Source of the DNA: Mytilus edulis
Lineage: Eukaryota
Length of the DNA stretch: 64,000 bases
Reading direction: 5' to 3'
NCBI RefSeq assembly: GCF_963676685.1
Contig: NC_092344.1
Location: 104,594,001-104,658,000, forward strand
Every line of letters begins with the position of its first letter. Position 1 is the stretch's first letter. The notes under the pieces were generated by a model. The model was not told the DNA's origin. It saw only the letters and a list, made by a program, of their open reading frames with translations, and searched no databases. Positions 1 to 15,100 of this stretch are shown one piece after another. The translations under genes and the position numbers were made by a program.

Positions 1-567
1 ACCGTTGGAACTTTCACACGTCGATCCTACTGAATGGCATTGATGTTTTGAGTGCTATCCAAGTACTGGTGCTATTTTAAACAAACTTTCAACCAATGTT
101 GGCTGCCAAGCTAGATAAACGTGCAATATGAAAAGGTATCAATTAATCAGTATAAACGAAAATAAACAAACACCAAATTATTTTTTCATTTACAGCTAGG
201 ATACCTTTTTGGTTTGAAGGCATACTATTTTTTTTGGAGTTTTTCATTCCAAAATACTTTCATAAAAACTACTAGTAGATGAAGTGGTGGCTGACACATA
301 CTATGTCTATCTGCATAGTTCTTTTTTTATGTTAATTTTAATTCATGAAACTAGTTCAAATAGTTGTAATGATTCATTGAACCAGCTAAGTTTAATAGTC
401 GAGTTAGTCGTCTAGAAAGGGTCAAGTGTCAAAAAGTATCCGCAAGGTGTTTTATTTTACAGAAGTCAAAATTAAAAAAAAATGAAATAAAAAACAAATA
501 TATTTATCCAAAATGAATGGTATTCTGAAATGCAGATAGCCAAGTGACTATTTCCTCCACCTTTAGT

Positions 568-657
568 CATCTGAAGGGATTTACATGATTTTTTTTTCAT
601 CTGAAGGGATTTACATGATTTTTTTTTTCATCTGAAGGGATTTACATGATTTTTTTA
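568..657. repeat. ~30-bp tandem repeat x3 (CATCTGAAGGGATTTACATGA-Tn)
   Basis: Three consecutive copies that differ only in T-run length. Confidence 0.9.
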
Positions 658-1346
658 AAGAAAAGTATGATTACTATGGTTATAGTCTTCATTGTGGTTT
701 GTCAATAAAAGAGCATCTTATTGAATTCCAAAAAATGCACTCTCTACGGATATTTGATGACAATAACTTAGGGTCAGAACTTTAAAAATTTCCCGAAAAT
801 CATCGATCGTAAAATATAGCAAGGCATCACAATGCCAATTTAATAAGATTTATCATTGAATACTTCAGTTCTCTATGAAAGTTATGAGCTCTTAAAAGCA
901 GTGACTAATAGATAGGAAAATGACTAGTAATTTTGTACATGGCCGACTAAAAATACAAAAAGAAATTGTTTATCTTTTATAATAAAAAAACAAAGTCATT
1001 TCACATCTGCATATGACAATAGTGCTAATAAATACATGTACAAATGTATACATAAAAGGTTCCGATTGTTATTTTGTACAAAATGACATCAATACATGTA
1101 ATGATATAATAAATGTTTTTCAAGTAAAATTGGACGATTCGAATCAGCAGAAATTTAAAATCCAGCAATAAAAATGAACGATCTAAATAAAAAAAACATG
1201 TGAAAAACCTGACAGTGAAATATCTTCGAACAGAGGGTAAAAAAGATGATTCTAATGAACTTGATTTCGATGAAATTGAAACCACTATATATAAACATGA
1301 ATTATGGAAACTAAATTGCAAGTATCGTAAACGATGTAAAAAAGAT

Positions 1347-1823
1347 GTGAACTTGTTGCCTTTTGTTGGCTGTTGTTCGTGTGATTCTTTGTCAATTGTG
1401 TGAACTTGTTGCCTTTTGTTGGCTGTTGTTCGTGTGATTCTTTGTCAATTGTGTGAACTTGTTGCCTTTTGTTGGCTGTTGTTCGTGTGATTCTTTGTCA
1501 ATTGTGTGAACTTGTTGCCTTTTGTTGGCTGTTGTTCGTGTGATTCTTTGTCAATTGTGTGAACTTGTTGCCTTTTGTTGGCTGTTGTTCGTGTGATTCT
1601 TTGTCAATTGTGTGAACTTGTTGCCTTTTGTTGGCTGTTGTTCGTGTGATTCTTTGTCAATTGTGTGAACTTGTTGCCTTTTGTTGGCTGTTGTTCGTGT
1701 GATTCTTTGTCAATTGTGTGAACTTGTTGCCTTTTGTTGGCTGTTGTTCGTGTGATTCTTTGTCAATTGTGTGAACTTGTTGCCTTTTGTTGGCTGTTGT
1801 TCGTGTGATTCTTTGTCAATTGT
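1347..1823. repeat. 53-bp minisatellite, 9 perfect copies
   Basis: The unit GTGAACTTGTTGCCTTTTGTTGGCTGTTGTTCGTGTGATTCTTTGTCAATTGT starts at 1347, 1400 ... 1771, with no spacers. Confidence 0.97.
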
Positions 1824-2313
1824 GTTCTCCAATTTATTTATATTGTAGTCCTGTGTTGTCATTTTGATGTTATATTTCACATGGCCATAAAAGTGCGAGG
1901 TTTGGCATGCCACAAAACCAGGTTCAACCCACCATTTTTTCCTTTAAAAATGCCCTGTACCAAGTCAGGAATATGGTCATTGTTATATTATAGTTCGTTT
2001 CTGTGTGTATTACATTATAACGTTGTGTCGTTTGTTTTCTCTTATTTTTGAGTGTAAATTCACATTGCGATAAGACGTGTCACGGTACTTGTCTATCCCA
2101 AATTCATGTATTTGGTTTTGATGTTATATATATATGTTATATTTGTTATTCTCGTGGGATTTTGTCTATATGTGTTACATTTTAGTGTTATGTCGTTGTT
2201 CTCCTCTTATATTTAATGCGTTTCCCTCGGTTTTAGTTTGTTATCCCGATTTTGTTTTTTGTCCATGGATTTATGAGTTTTGAACAGCGGTATACTACTG
2301 TTGCCTTTGTTTA
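1824..2313 (+). mobile_element. Non-autonomous interspersed repeat carrying the 53-bp array at its 5' side
   Basis: Contains AAACCAGGTTCAACCCACCATTTT...TGTACCAAGTCAGGAATATG and ends GAACAGCGGTATACTACTGTTGCCTTT. These motifs recur near 20400, 39787, 43460, 44163, 53303 and 61615. Confidence 0.7.
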
Positions 2314-2655
2314 TCTAAAAATGAAAAAGTAGAAAGAGCAATTACACCACATGAATCATTTCAATACATTGTTCAACCTTTGACAATACACCGGGATTTT
2401 GACACAAATAGTTCAAAAATTATGTATAAAAGCAAAAACTATTAATACAAAAACATGAACATTGCTATGTTAAATGTCTAAAACTACATATATTTATGAT
2501 CAATTAAGTTGGATAGCATAAGGTGCAATAATTTCTAACTTATAGAATCTGTTATTTGATTGATAACACTATGTCTTTCTATGTCACGTTCCCAGCAGCA
2601 ATTTTATACTTGACAATGTACCACGGGTAACATGATGATTACAATGCTAACACTA

Positions 2656-5600
2656 TCATACTGTTGATTCAAAAGTTAATGACGTAATTCTAGAAATACC
2701 AGCTTCTGATAACTCTCCTGTTGACTTAGCTTTGAAACCAGGTATAGAATAAATACTGGATGCCTGTTAGGGTTAGATAAAGTAACGTGATCACATGAAA
2801 ATATATCAGAATAAAGTTGTCCATTAAAAACAAAATGACATGCATAAGGATTTAAATGTCATAAATCATCGAAAATACGGCTCTTTTCCAGAATAAAATT
2901 CAAATAGTACGCCCATAGCTCGAAGTGTGTTTTGTAAATATCATCTGAGTATCTTTCTTCTGTATCACAAGGCGATACACAAAATGCCTTTCCATGCATT
3001 CTTCTTCACCGAAACTCATTAGAGTGGAATTAATTATTTTATTACATCATGTCTTTCATATCCTGAGTTAAGGCAATGGGCTGGGTTTCCAGTAACTTCA
3101 AACGGTGTGACTACAGTATAATGTTTCTTTGATTTTTCCAATTATGAAGCATATGCAACTTATATCTTGATTCTGTACATAATATGCTAGAAGATTAAAA
3201 CTGGACGTCTTCTAATGGTTATTTATTACAAGTTTTATTTTCTAATTACAGATTTTGTTATGTTACAAAGAACACACACACTGATCAGGGTAGATAGAAC
3301 TATTGCAGTCAACAACCGTATGTATATATGAAATATCAATATGTTTTATCTTGATCTTCTTATCAAATTATCAACACACACAAAATCACGAGAAAGTGTT
3401 TTGGTTATAATTCATTGCATGTTCACTGTTTTATGAAATTAAGCATCTGATAAATTTGGTGTGTCCGAAGTGCTGTCTATAATTTTAAAGCCAATGATGT
3501 TTAAATAATGTAATATTTGAAAAGCTGTATGACCTAATAGTTAGTTTCTTAATGTGTTAATTCTGAAAACTAAATCAAACTTACCCTAGACGATGCATAA
3601 GTTGATGGTGTACTATAGCCTTTGTTCAGATAAGCTCCTCTTTCTGCCCAGGGGTCTAATACCCAATCATCAACATAGGTCACCAACTTGCGATGCTTAA
3701 CTAATGCAGGACCCCACTCATCAGAAGGTGAAGTCAACAAACTTAATTTCTAAAACAAAATTATAAAAAAATATGATAGATAACCATTCACCCCACCCCT
3801 TTCCATTTAAATATAACGCAACTTTGTATATTCTTGGGTTGGTTTTCGTTAATCATACAATAACGTGTGCGACTTTGTATCAAGTGTTTTCTTTCAACTA
3901 TCGTGTTCAAAATCAATACAAAAGAGCCAGAAAATCTCTTGGTATCTTATGTTGTATTTTTTCACAAGTCTGCTTTTTCATTAACGTAAACTCGCATCTC
4001 TTTATATTCACGCTATAGTAAAGACGTTTCACCATTAAGGTCACGAATATATATTTGTTGTTTAAAATTCCTGATTATACATTTATTTATAGATATAAGA
4101 AAATATGATATGAATGCCATTGAGACAACTCTGCATACAAGTCACAATTTGTAAAAGTAAACAATTATAGGTCAAAGTACGGTGTTCGAAACGGATCCTT
4201 GGCTCACACCGAACATCTTGCATAGTTTATAAGATATAATTGACAGTAATATGTGGTGTTTACGTACCTCCTTAACCGACAAGTAGGAATCAGCATAACC
4301 AACTTTGTACAATATAACAATAGGTATTGGGATAACCATCATAACAGCAAGAAACCATCCTATACCATCAGCCCATCCAGGAAATTTGTAGTCACCATAC
4401 GTTGACGATTCATAATCAACAAATGTAAAAACAAAAATAAACTGAAAAAGAAAAGATTTTTTTTCCTAAATGGTGTTCCATATTTGTACTATCTAAACAG
4501 GTTCTCAAGAGTTTTGAAATAAATCGTTGGCTTTTCACATAATATGTGGAACACAACGCCTATGAAAAAGTGTTCTGTTACTTTTTAAATCTCTTATAAA
4601 TACTCAAACTACTGAAAACGTTTACGTTTTTGTAATTTGGTAAGCGGATGTCTTTTGGTAAAACTGTGAAAACAAATTAATTGATAACTTTCATCACCCA
4701 GTTGAACAGCCCATTTAAAAGTAATCAATTAAATTTTATTTGGCATCTCCCAACAACAAACGACATCATGCATTACAGATCATTGCAGATATATGTTAGA
4801 CATGCATTTTTGTATTCATAATAGAAGAGGTTGTTCCTTTTTTTTTCTTTTTTTTTTTTAAAGTAGAACCAAGTTTACTTGATTCCCTCTTAAATTATTT
4901 AACTTATCTTTATACTATAAGTGAACCTACCATTAAAACTAAGGGACTTATTACCATCCATAACACTTTCCACACAAGCGATATCTTGAAACCCAGCATT
5001 ACTTCAATATCTTTCATGAATCTAGTGACACCTATAATAAAATTTAAATAATGAATTGACTTTCAAGTAATGTTCTATCTTCAGAATGTACGAAAGGTTG
5101 ACCTGTTAGTCTCGTATTACATGGAACACTATTATAGAGTTTTAATTTTCGAAATAAGCACAAGCTGCAGTAAACTTGGTATCTTATAATGTAAAAAATA
5201 AAACAGTAAGTCGATACCTCTGTTGTTGTTCTACGATGGTACTTTAGTACAGGCAAGAAAACACGATTGTCGTTTTAGTGTGCTTTAATAAACCATAGAA
5301 TGTATATCTCTCTTGCAAATACTTTCAAGTATGATTCTGTTATATAAGCAACGATAATCAACGAAGTTTTGTGTCTGTATAGTAAAGAACACTTGTAACC
5401 AATATGTAAGGGATTCATAGGCAGCTTATATGTAAGGGGTGTGTAGATGGCGTGTTGCGGGGGGGGGGGGGATTACCTATCCAAAATACTCCTTTTCAAT
5501 TGAAGTTTGAATTTCCAGCCATTCTTTCATCTTGAATATATAATACATGATATCTTTGTTAAGCAAACATCAAATAATAAATCATATAATCTTAACACAG

Positions 5601-8600
5601 AGTTAATAGAGTGGTCTGTTTCTTTAACCCCTCTGTGCAAATGTGATTATCAAATTAAATCATCATGATTACCAGGACACAGATAAGTAATTGCATAAAA
5701 TTACATGGTTATTGGTGTTAGCATTGGTTTGTTTTACAGACTGTCAGAAACATATGCGTAAAATTAAAAGAATGCAACTTACAAAAGAGTTACTACTAAA
5801 AACATAGGAAGTGTCATTTCAATATTGGAGTACAAGTCATTGGCACTGTGAGATCCACAGTTAGTAGAAAACTCTTGTATTAATAGTGGTTATACATATA
5901 CACAAATTATGAACTTACCATATGCATATGTAAGGCACATACATTCTGCAAAACCTATTAATAATAAAGTCCAACCTCCTACATAATTATCTAGAATTTG
6001 CAAGAGATATATACCACCCTGCAAAAGAAAAACAAAATAATTTAGTACTCGAAATTGTACAGATAAAAAAACTCATCATAGATATACCAGGAATCAAGTC
6101 TAATTGCTTCCAAACAGAAACATAAATAGAAAATTACTGTAGTAAAGAATATATTATCCTTATGAACTATGAATGCAATGTACAGAACACAGGTCCTATA
6201 TATAATACACACAAATCACTTTTGTATTGATATATAGTCATTAATTTTTCAGTTTTCTTGTATATTACCCTTATTGGACAGTTTTACTGAATAATTTGTC
6301 ACACATCTTTTATTAATATGTTATTCCTCGAATACAGAAAGGAACAAAGTATACGCGTTATATATACCAAAAATGGTTCTATTATATTACATTTTGATGT
6401 TCCATGAAATAAGAATATAATTCTTTATAGTAGACTATCCTATTCTAAACAAACTCATAAAGAAAAATTATTAAAATAAAATAAGAGAATTCTTACCGGA
6501 CATGTGAGTGGAAGCCCGGCAAGAAAGAAGAGAGAACAAATGATGAGTATAACTATTGTTTTATGTTGTCTTAGATGTGGCCATTGGTCAGTCACACCTG
6601 TCAGGACAGTTTCTAACATTGCAAACTGAAATAGACAAATAAGATTATCAACATAAATGACTATACAATTATTTTATTTTATTAAGACATGTTGTTTATC
6701 GATTAATTACTCTGGACTGTCTCTAATCTATAATACTTTACCAAAAGCTTATGGTCATTGGAGAAAAGAGGAACGAAAGATACCAGAGGGACAGTCAAAC
6801 TCATAAATCGAAAATAAACTGACAACGGCATGGCTAAAAATGAAAAAGACACACAGACAAACAATGGTACACATGACACAACATAGAAAACTAAGAATAA
6901 ACAACACGAACCCCACCAAAAACTAGGGGTGATCTCAGGTGCTTCAAAAGGGTAAGCAGGTCCTGCTCCACATATGGCAACCGTCGTGCTGCTTATGGGA
7001 TAACAAATCCGGTAAATAGTCTAATTCGGTAGGTCACATTTAGAAAGGGAAGGGGAAAACTATCCTTCGTGTATCATCCTACAGATAAACAAGTCATGAC
7101 ACAATTCGCTCAGATTTATAACTACATTACAATTATCTTAGTTTTGCAGGGCAAAAGTCAGGACTAGATGGCAATTCTTCATAAAAAATATGAATGCAAC
7201 ATATGGATAATTATTATAGAAATTTTTTTCTCAATGGCAATTTGTATTAGAACTTGATTCTTTTATGTTAATAATGGTTAGAAAAAAACATAAGGTTCAA
7301 CTCTTGCTTCGTTTTGCTGCATCATCAACAGACAAAATCTAAAATTTGACACAATCCATTAAAAAATTCACAAGTAAAACTAATTTGTTACACAGCAAGT
7401 GAGAAGGTGAAAGCATATAACGGAAGAATCAATTTCTATTGTAACCTTGAAAAAATGTTTCATTTTTTGTCGTCAAGAAATCGCATGACCAGCAAATAAT
7501 TCTGTGTATCTTTTTTTCCCGTTCGTTACATAGATATGATGCAACGAAAAAAATCTTTGAATTACTTTACAGGTTTTGTTGTGCTATAGGTTTTTTTTTC
7601 AAAAATCGAATGTGGTTCAAATTTGAACCGATTTATAAGAAACCGTCTTTTAAAACTGCTCGAGCCGAACTTACCTATTGTACGCATGAAAACTTAATTT
7701 CCTTGATTCGTATGAGGCAGATTTTATACAGTGACTCCTCGAGAATAAAAACCATGCACCGCTATGTAATGGATTACCATCCCGCTGATATAATTAATCT
7801 TAACTCTTTCAATCGCATGTATCACCTCTAAATAACACTTCCAAAACAATCGAACTAAATTGTGAAAACAGCTAAATTATATATTTCTTTTAAATTACCT
7901 GACTGTCCAGCCCTAAGGTAATCAGCATTAAGAAAAATAAAATGGACCAAAATGGCGCTCCTGGCATACTAGTGACTGCCTCAGGGTAAACCACAAATGC
8001 AAGGCCTGCACCTGAAATATATATGTATATCTATTTGTAACTACAGAAATTGCTGCTGTAAATGTTAAAAGTTTAATATAACGTTATACATGTAAGTAAT
8101 CTGGCTGTTTAAGCTTTTAGACGAGTATATTTTTTTAAAGAGAAAAATAACAGACTGTGCTGTGCTCTGACACTGTAATTTGTTTGATGGCATAATGTTT
8201 TGCCTAAGTTTTAGTTGAAAGCAGTGATTTTTAGGCACCCATGTCTTGTTCTTTTATTCATTAAAAGGTAAAGATATATTTGTTACAGGGCACGTCTAAC
8301 CCAAATATCACCCGTCTAGTTGCTCGTTATGAGTAAAACTCTGATATATATTGGTATCTTCTATATATTTATTTCACTGAAAGCAAGCCAAAAGTTCGAA
8401 ATCTGCTGATTATGAGATATGGATTCCAACATTCTTATATCAGCTGTGCAGATCTCTTACCACAGCATGAACAGTGAAAAGTATCTTACATAATGTTAAA
8501 AGAATAAGTCTTCGAACTTCATCCGTGTTTTCTATATACTGTTATGAAGCACATTGATAACCGACAAATTAGACGCATTGCGTAACTATTGTTAAAACAG

Positions 8601-11600
8601 CATATTTATCACATCTTTCAATAAGTCGATTAATCCAAAAATAAAGCATAACATATCATTGCCTTGTGTATTGTTGCTCATACACCGGCTTTTATTTTTA
8701 AAAAATATACTTGTACATTATATATATACACTACAGCCATAAGAAATGAAATAATCAACAAATATTACAATGTAAGCAGAGAGAAGAAATGACGACAGGA
8801 TGCTTTTTCTCAGCAACTTAATAAAAGCTATAATGGAAAATTTACAACAAAATACAGAAATGATGGAATTGTATTTACCATCTCTAGCAACATCTTTCAC
8901 GTGCAAGTTCATTCGACCAGCCATGTAACCCAGAAAAGAGAAAATCACAAATCCAGCAAAAATACAGGTCAATGTATCTCCTACACATACTATTATAGAA
9001 TCCCTGAAATAAATAATATTAAATGCATTTTAGGGGATTTCCTAATCTAAAATATAAAAAAAACATAAATTTATTTACATAAAGAAAAAAGTTTAACCCT
9101 GATATTTATATATATATATAAAATTATATATCTAACGAAAAAACATTTTCATATTATTAATTTATGTTATAAACAAAAATATTTTTATCAGTAGTCATTA
9201 AAGAGATGTATTTATAACAAACGATAAGGAATGTTAGTTTGCACTAGTTAATATCCGGGTATATATCATGTTTATAGATCGGTTACTAACCTAAAACGAA
9301 AATTACGTGTGCAAAATTTAGGCGATAGCAATACATCGGAATGACCTCAACCTCAAACCCAACCCGGCCAAACAAATTGGAAACATAAACAATCTACATT
9401 CCAATGATTATAAAGTTACTCTTACTTGAGTATGTTATTATGGAATCTGTTATAACTAGCCAATGTTACTAATCCACCTCCAGCAATAGACATAGAAAAG
9501 AATATCTGTACAGCTGCATCTTTCCATACCTGGAAATTATGTGCAATGGATGTCAATACCGTTATAGCAATGATATGCATACAACATTGCGTATGTATAT
9601 AGATATAGGAAGATGTGGCATGAGTGTTAATGAGCCAACTCTCCATCCAAGTCACAAATTATAAAAGTAAACCATTATAGGCCAAGGTACATCCTTCAAC
9701 ACGGAGCTTTGGCTCACACCGAACACGAAGCTATGAAGGACCCCAAAATATTCTACTGTAAAACCATTCTAACGAGAAAACCAACGGTCTAATCTATATA
9801 GATACTTCAATCTTAATTGACCAGGATTGAAAAATTTCCTACGCCAGGTCGGTGGTTCTCTCTGAGCACTCCGACTTCCTTCACTTATAAGACTGACCGC
9901 CACAAAAGAACCAATAGTGCTGAAAATGGCGTCAAACACCAATCAATCAAATCACCTTCCTACGTCAGGCCAAAATAAAAGGGATAACTAATTTTTTTTA
10001 TTTGTTAAATGCCTCCATATATTGAGATGCATCTAGAAGAAATATGACAAAAATGCATGGCTAACTTCAAGAGAAATTTTTCTTTACCACTTTATTATAT
10101 TTTCATTTTTTTTAATTGGTACATACATCATGTACATGCTATCAATCTCCTTATATATTATAATTGTATATGTAGTATAAATGCGACGATTTCAATTGAA
10201 AATAATGTCAGTTTCAAATTTAATAATATTACATGTATACAACAGACAAGTTGTGACACTTGCTTTGTTTAAATTAAATGTTTTGATTGTATATTTTCAG
10301 TTTAATATTCCTTGTTATCAACGATTGTTAGGACGAAACTTTTTTCAATCAAAGTTTCACTCCGACAATTTTGTTTGTTCAGCTTAGTTTGATTTTGGTG
10401 CTTTTAATTTAACATGACGATTTCCCTAAACTTTCGTCTCCACTGTATCAGATGAAGGTAATTCGGAATTTCCAGAAGCATGCTATTTGAGCACACTGAA
10501 ATGTGTACCATACGCATAAATGTTCTTCATCTGTATTTACGTACTTACATATATAAATAAAGAAATTTTACTATACGATGAATGTCTTGTAAATCTGGTA
10601 TCGCTTTTAGCTGTGCCATTTTCTCTTGTTTAAATGTCTGCATTAATCATAAAATATGACAAATGAAAAATTCATAACTCTTAAAATAATTATACCTGAG
10701 CGTCTAGAAGCCTATCGAAGTCTGGAACAATGAAATAATATATACCCTGACCTGCATTGTCGAGTGTTACACCACGAAAAAATAAAATAATCAACACAAC
10801 GAACGGGAATATAGCTGTGAAATATACAACCTGAAATAAAATGTTAAAAAAGAAATAACAAATGACTACGAAACATCCCTTTGATGCCCTCATTTACCAT
10901 TTACACTGAATAAGGGATCTATATTCGTAGAAGTCCATTGGTTGTCGTTTCATTATAGTTTATCGAAAGTAGCAGGATAGGTATTTAATTATATGATTAC
11001 AAAGAATAAGAAGTATTATAAAGTTCGCTTGCATTTTTAAAAAATACAAAAAAAAACTCTGAACGTTTAGGCTTGCCTTTTCGATATTTCAACATATTAT
11101 CAAATTTATATAATTATTGTTTAATAAATGTGCTTATCAAAAATCTAAATTTATACGTTTTCAGCCGTTTAACCTAGCTTTTCAGTTTAATACGACGTGT
11201 ACCTATTACAAATTTATACGTTTCCAGCCTTTTTCCTAACTTTTCAGTTGTTTAATACCTTAGAAAATTCATACCTTTCCTGTTGTTTTAATACCCTTCA
11301 TAAGGCACAAGAAGCATATTATCCACGCCAACATTAAACACATTACAAGCTGCCATTTTGGTTGTCCGAAGTCATCGATACCAGAGCTCATATTTATTGC
11401 TCGATTGCTGTAAATAAAAGTTTCTATACATTCAGAAATGTTTGCGTGTATATCTTATTGCTATTAAAAGTATGTATTTTATTTGTTTCTGTCGATTTGA
11501 ACGGTTTGTACTTCTGTTGACCATACCTGGGTACAGACCAATGTGTACTCTTCAGAGGAATCAGGGTTCATTACAGGTTAAAAGGAGGGATTTGCATTGC

Positions 11601-12067
11601 CTATACTATTTAGTTTGAATGTGTAGCCTATTATTTTGACCGTGTAATAGTCTTTTTCTTTTCGACTAATAATTTTGAACCCCATATTGGTTACTTTCTT
11701 TTTCACAAGGTGGTTCGAATCTGACCAACACTATATAAAGACGGTAATTTTGGTTAAGGGATAGAAATGCTGACTTGCAGTAGATTTCATAAAGAACCGA
11801 TTTTAAATAAGTATTGCAAGAGTTATATTACTCTCTATTAGCATGGTATATCGGTTCTGACGTTTCCATTATAACTTAACGTGGCTGCGTATTTATACAT
11901 CCCGCACAACCAAACGAACTTCCGCTGGCACGTGATGTGTGCTACTGCATGCCGGACAAGATCAAGATACAGATTACCATATATTTGCATCTTAGTCATC
12001 TCTTTGGAAGATCAAAAGTCTAACCAAATACAGATGGTTATATCAAAAATCAAGCACCAAATTAATA

Positions 12068-12134
<67 letters not shown>

Positions 12135-15100
12135 TGTTATTGAATAGATTTTTAATCTACATGCCATCTGAATACGTAATTATACTAACGTCCAGTACTC
12201 TTCAGCTGCTGATATCCTTTTATGTCCGGTAACTTCTGTAAACATGGTGTCATTCCATAATCCAAGGAACTGGTCCCCATTGTAACATGTTCCATTCAGA
12301 TACTTTGTTGTGGTACAGTCGATCAGAGGAAGTTTATCAGCACAAACTATAATAAAGAGGTCAAATTTACATGCACATGAAACACATTTAAAATTCTTGT
12401 TTAAATTTACTATACATTTTAATTGTTTTACATCGTATAATAAATCTAAGTTTCTATGAAAAATCGTTATCAAACATTCACGAAGATTGGCTTCTTGTGA
12501 TTTTTCTCATACCTTCTATCATATACTACAGAAAGGATAAGCAAAGATAATACATTTCGATTACAAAATAACCTTTTTGTTAAGGTCACGGAATGTAAAA
12601 AAAAATTTAATTCTAAAAGACTTGATTGCAACTAAAAAAATATAATTTTAAGAAATATGAAAGGAAGTATTGTAATAATGATTCAAGTATACTAGTATAT
12701 AGATTTTCATTTTCTAGAATAAGTATTTATACTTATATATTTTTCATTAAAATTATTAGATATATTGATATTTAAAATATCAAAACGTACTGAATATTCT
12801 AGTAATATGTAAAGGACATTTTGAATATGGTAAATAAGGGTTATAATTTAGTGTCGCCTTAGCATATGAGCCGCAGACGGAATACTTATGTGTTTTTTTC
12901 CCGATTTGCTGAGGAGAAATAGTGTCATTAGGTAAGAACTTACATTCAGTATTCCACTCTGGATTATTACAGTCAGCCCAGGGGAGATCACTCGTGAATG
13001 AAACAAACAAATAATAATACGACCAAGCTAAGATCATGTTGTAGTATAATGATGTAAAACCAGACACCAGTACCATGGCAATTCCAACACCTTTAAACAT
13101 AGGTGCGAACTTCCAGCATGTCATTGGTCCACTGCTACAAAACTGACCAAGAGACGCCTCCATAAAGAAAAGGGGAACACCGATTAATCCCATCATCAAG
13201 ACAAACGGAATAAGAAAGGCACCACCCCCGTTCCTGTAGCACAAGTAAGGAAAACGCCACACATTTCCAAGGCCGACAGCGTATCCAAGGAGTGAGAGAA
13301 GGAAATCAAATCGTCCTGACCAGTTTCCACGATCCTCGTTTTCATCTTTCCCGAATATTAGCTTTCTGCTGTCTGTTGTTTCCACTGTAACCCCAGTACC
13401 CTGTTGAAATATATCATTTATGTATTATATTATAATCGTCTAATAAGATGTGAAATCGTTCAGTTCAAAAAGTAATGAAAAAAGTACATACTAGAATATA
13501 GGAAAAGACATAACAAAAAATAAATTGCACGGGACTTGTTTTATACGAATGAAAAAAATAAGTGCTATTCATTTGTTATTTCGTCCATTGCGAACACGTC
13601 CATCTATATTTTTCTTAAACTTTTTATAAAATATTTGGTGTCATAAAATCAGGCTCTATTCTGATGTTCTGCTTTATTACACTCTAAAATCGCCCGTTGT
13701 TCTTTTAATTGATGCAGTAACGTCCAACACATTAGATGTGCTCATTTAATATAAAACAGCATGACAGTATTGTTCTATACACAGAAAATAATTTTTAGTC
13801 GTATTGCAAACTGCAAATGCATGATTGCATCAACGTAATCATCAAAAAGAGGCGCAATGATTTCATAAAACCATCAGAGGTACAAACTTACCGTGGAAGG
13901 TGTCCTGGAATATCCCTTTTTGTCATCGTAGATTCCAGGGTCCAGCGAGGTTTTTATTTCTTTGCCTTCTACAGAACTTTCCTCTGACTCATAATAGTCC
14001 CGTCTGGCCTAAGTAATTATAAAACTGAATTTAAAACATAACAAAACACATCAAGAGAAAAAAGAATAATTGAACATGTATAATATTTACTTGATATCAT
14101 TAAACCCGAGAGAAAGTGAAAAAAAACTTTCAGATTCATTTTATGCGAGTATCGATGTTTATTGGTTTGTCTCGTATGCTAAATGAACTGTCCGTATTGA
14201 CATTCATGGACATATTTCTGGAAGTTCAAACATATTGCATAAAGCAAGAACAAACGGACCAGAAACAAGTCAACCCTCCATATTGGTAAAAGTAACTTAC
14301 ATATTATTTGTACTTTTTGTATGGCCCTTACACGTTTATTTTACTCTTGGAAAGTGCTTTGAGGAATATCATCGCTAGTCGAGGGTTACGATCCATTCCA
14401 AGGAGACTTGCAATATACTTTATATAATATACACTCTATTCTTATAAGTTTTGAACTGCAGAACTCTTAAATCCAATTGCTCCATTATAACTAGTTTTGA
14501 ACCAGGAAGTTCTTAATCTATATTGAAATTATTGTCAAAACCTTATTTTCTAATGCATTCTTTAACAGATAGAATCTCTTGCAAACTCTAGAAAACGGTA
14601 TGTCAATTTATGACTGATTGGTTTTAATGGTTTATTATTCCATAACGCCTGTCAGCCTGAAACTGCTATATCACATAACAGTACAACTGACTGTAGAATA
14701 GAAATCTTAACATTGGACACTTTGTATATAACCATAGTTGTACATCTATGATATAACAAAGAAATACGTGTTTAATGTTCTAACAAATAATACTACGTTA
14801 TTAAAGAAAAATACACAATTCTTGTTTTAATAACTCATTAAGTCATGTTTTAGTTATTATGTGTTTAAAGGTTTTTCCGATGACAACCAGTGTATCCACT
14901 GATCCATGAAGATTGACATATTTAAGTCCATGTTTACAGTGCATGTAGTTTTCTTTAGTAAAGCATGTAATTGATATCAAAATAAATCAATGGAATATAC
15001 GAGTTATTATTATAGTTTTATTTTGGTTTCCAAATTCATAAATGCATTTTGAATTAACCCGAACATTTGGTTACTAATTTAACGATCATATGATAGCAAA

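Noticed and set aside
1-80. End of a plus-strand gene (RWNFHTSILLNGIDVLSAIQVLVLF*)
   Set aside because: Too short and truncated by the window edge to support.
1347-1823. CRISPR array
   Set aside because: The units are contiguous and identical with no spacers, there are no cas genes, and the context is eukaryotic.
12068-12131. Array of GTAAGT splice-donor decoys
   Set aside because: The motif is antisense to the SLC6 transcript; it is more simply a microsatellite or retroelement tail.
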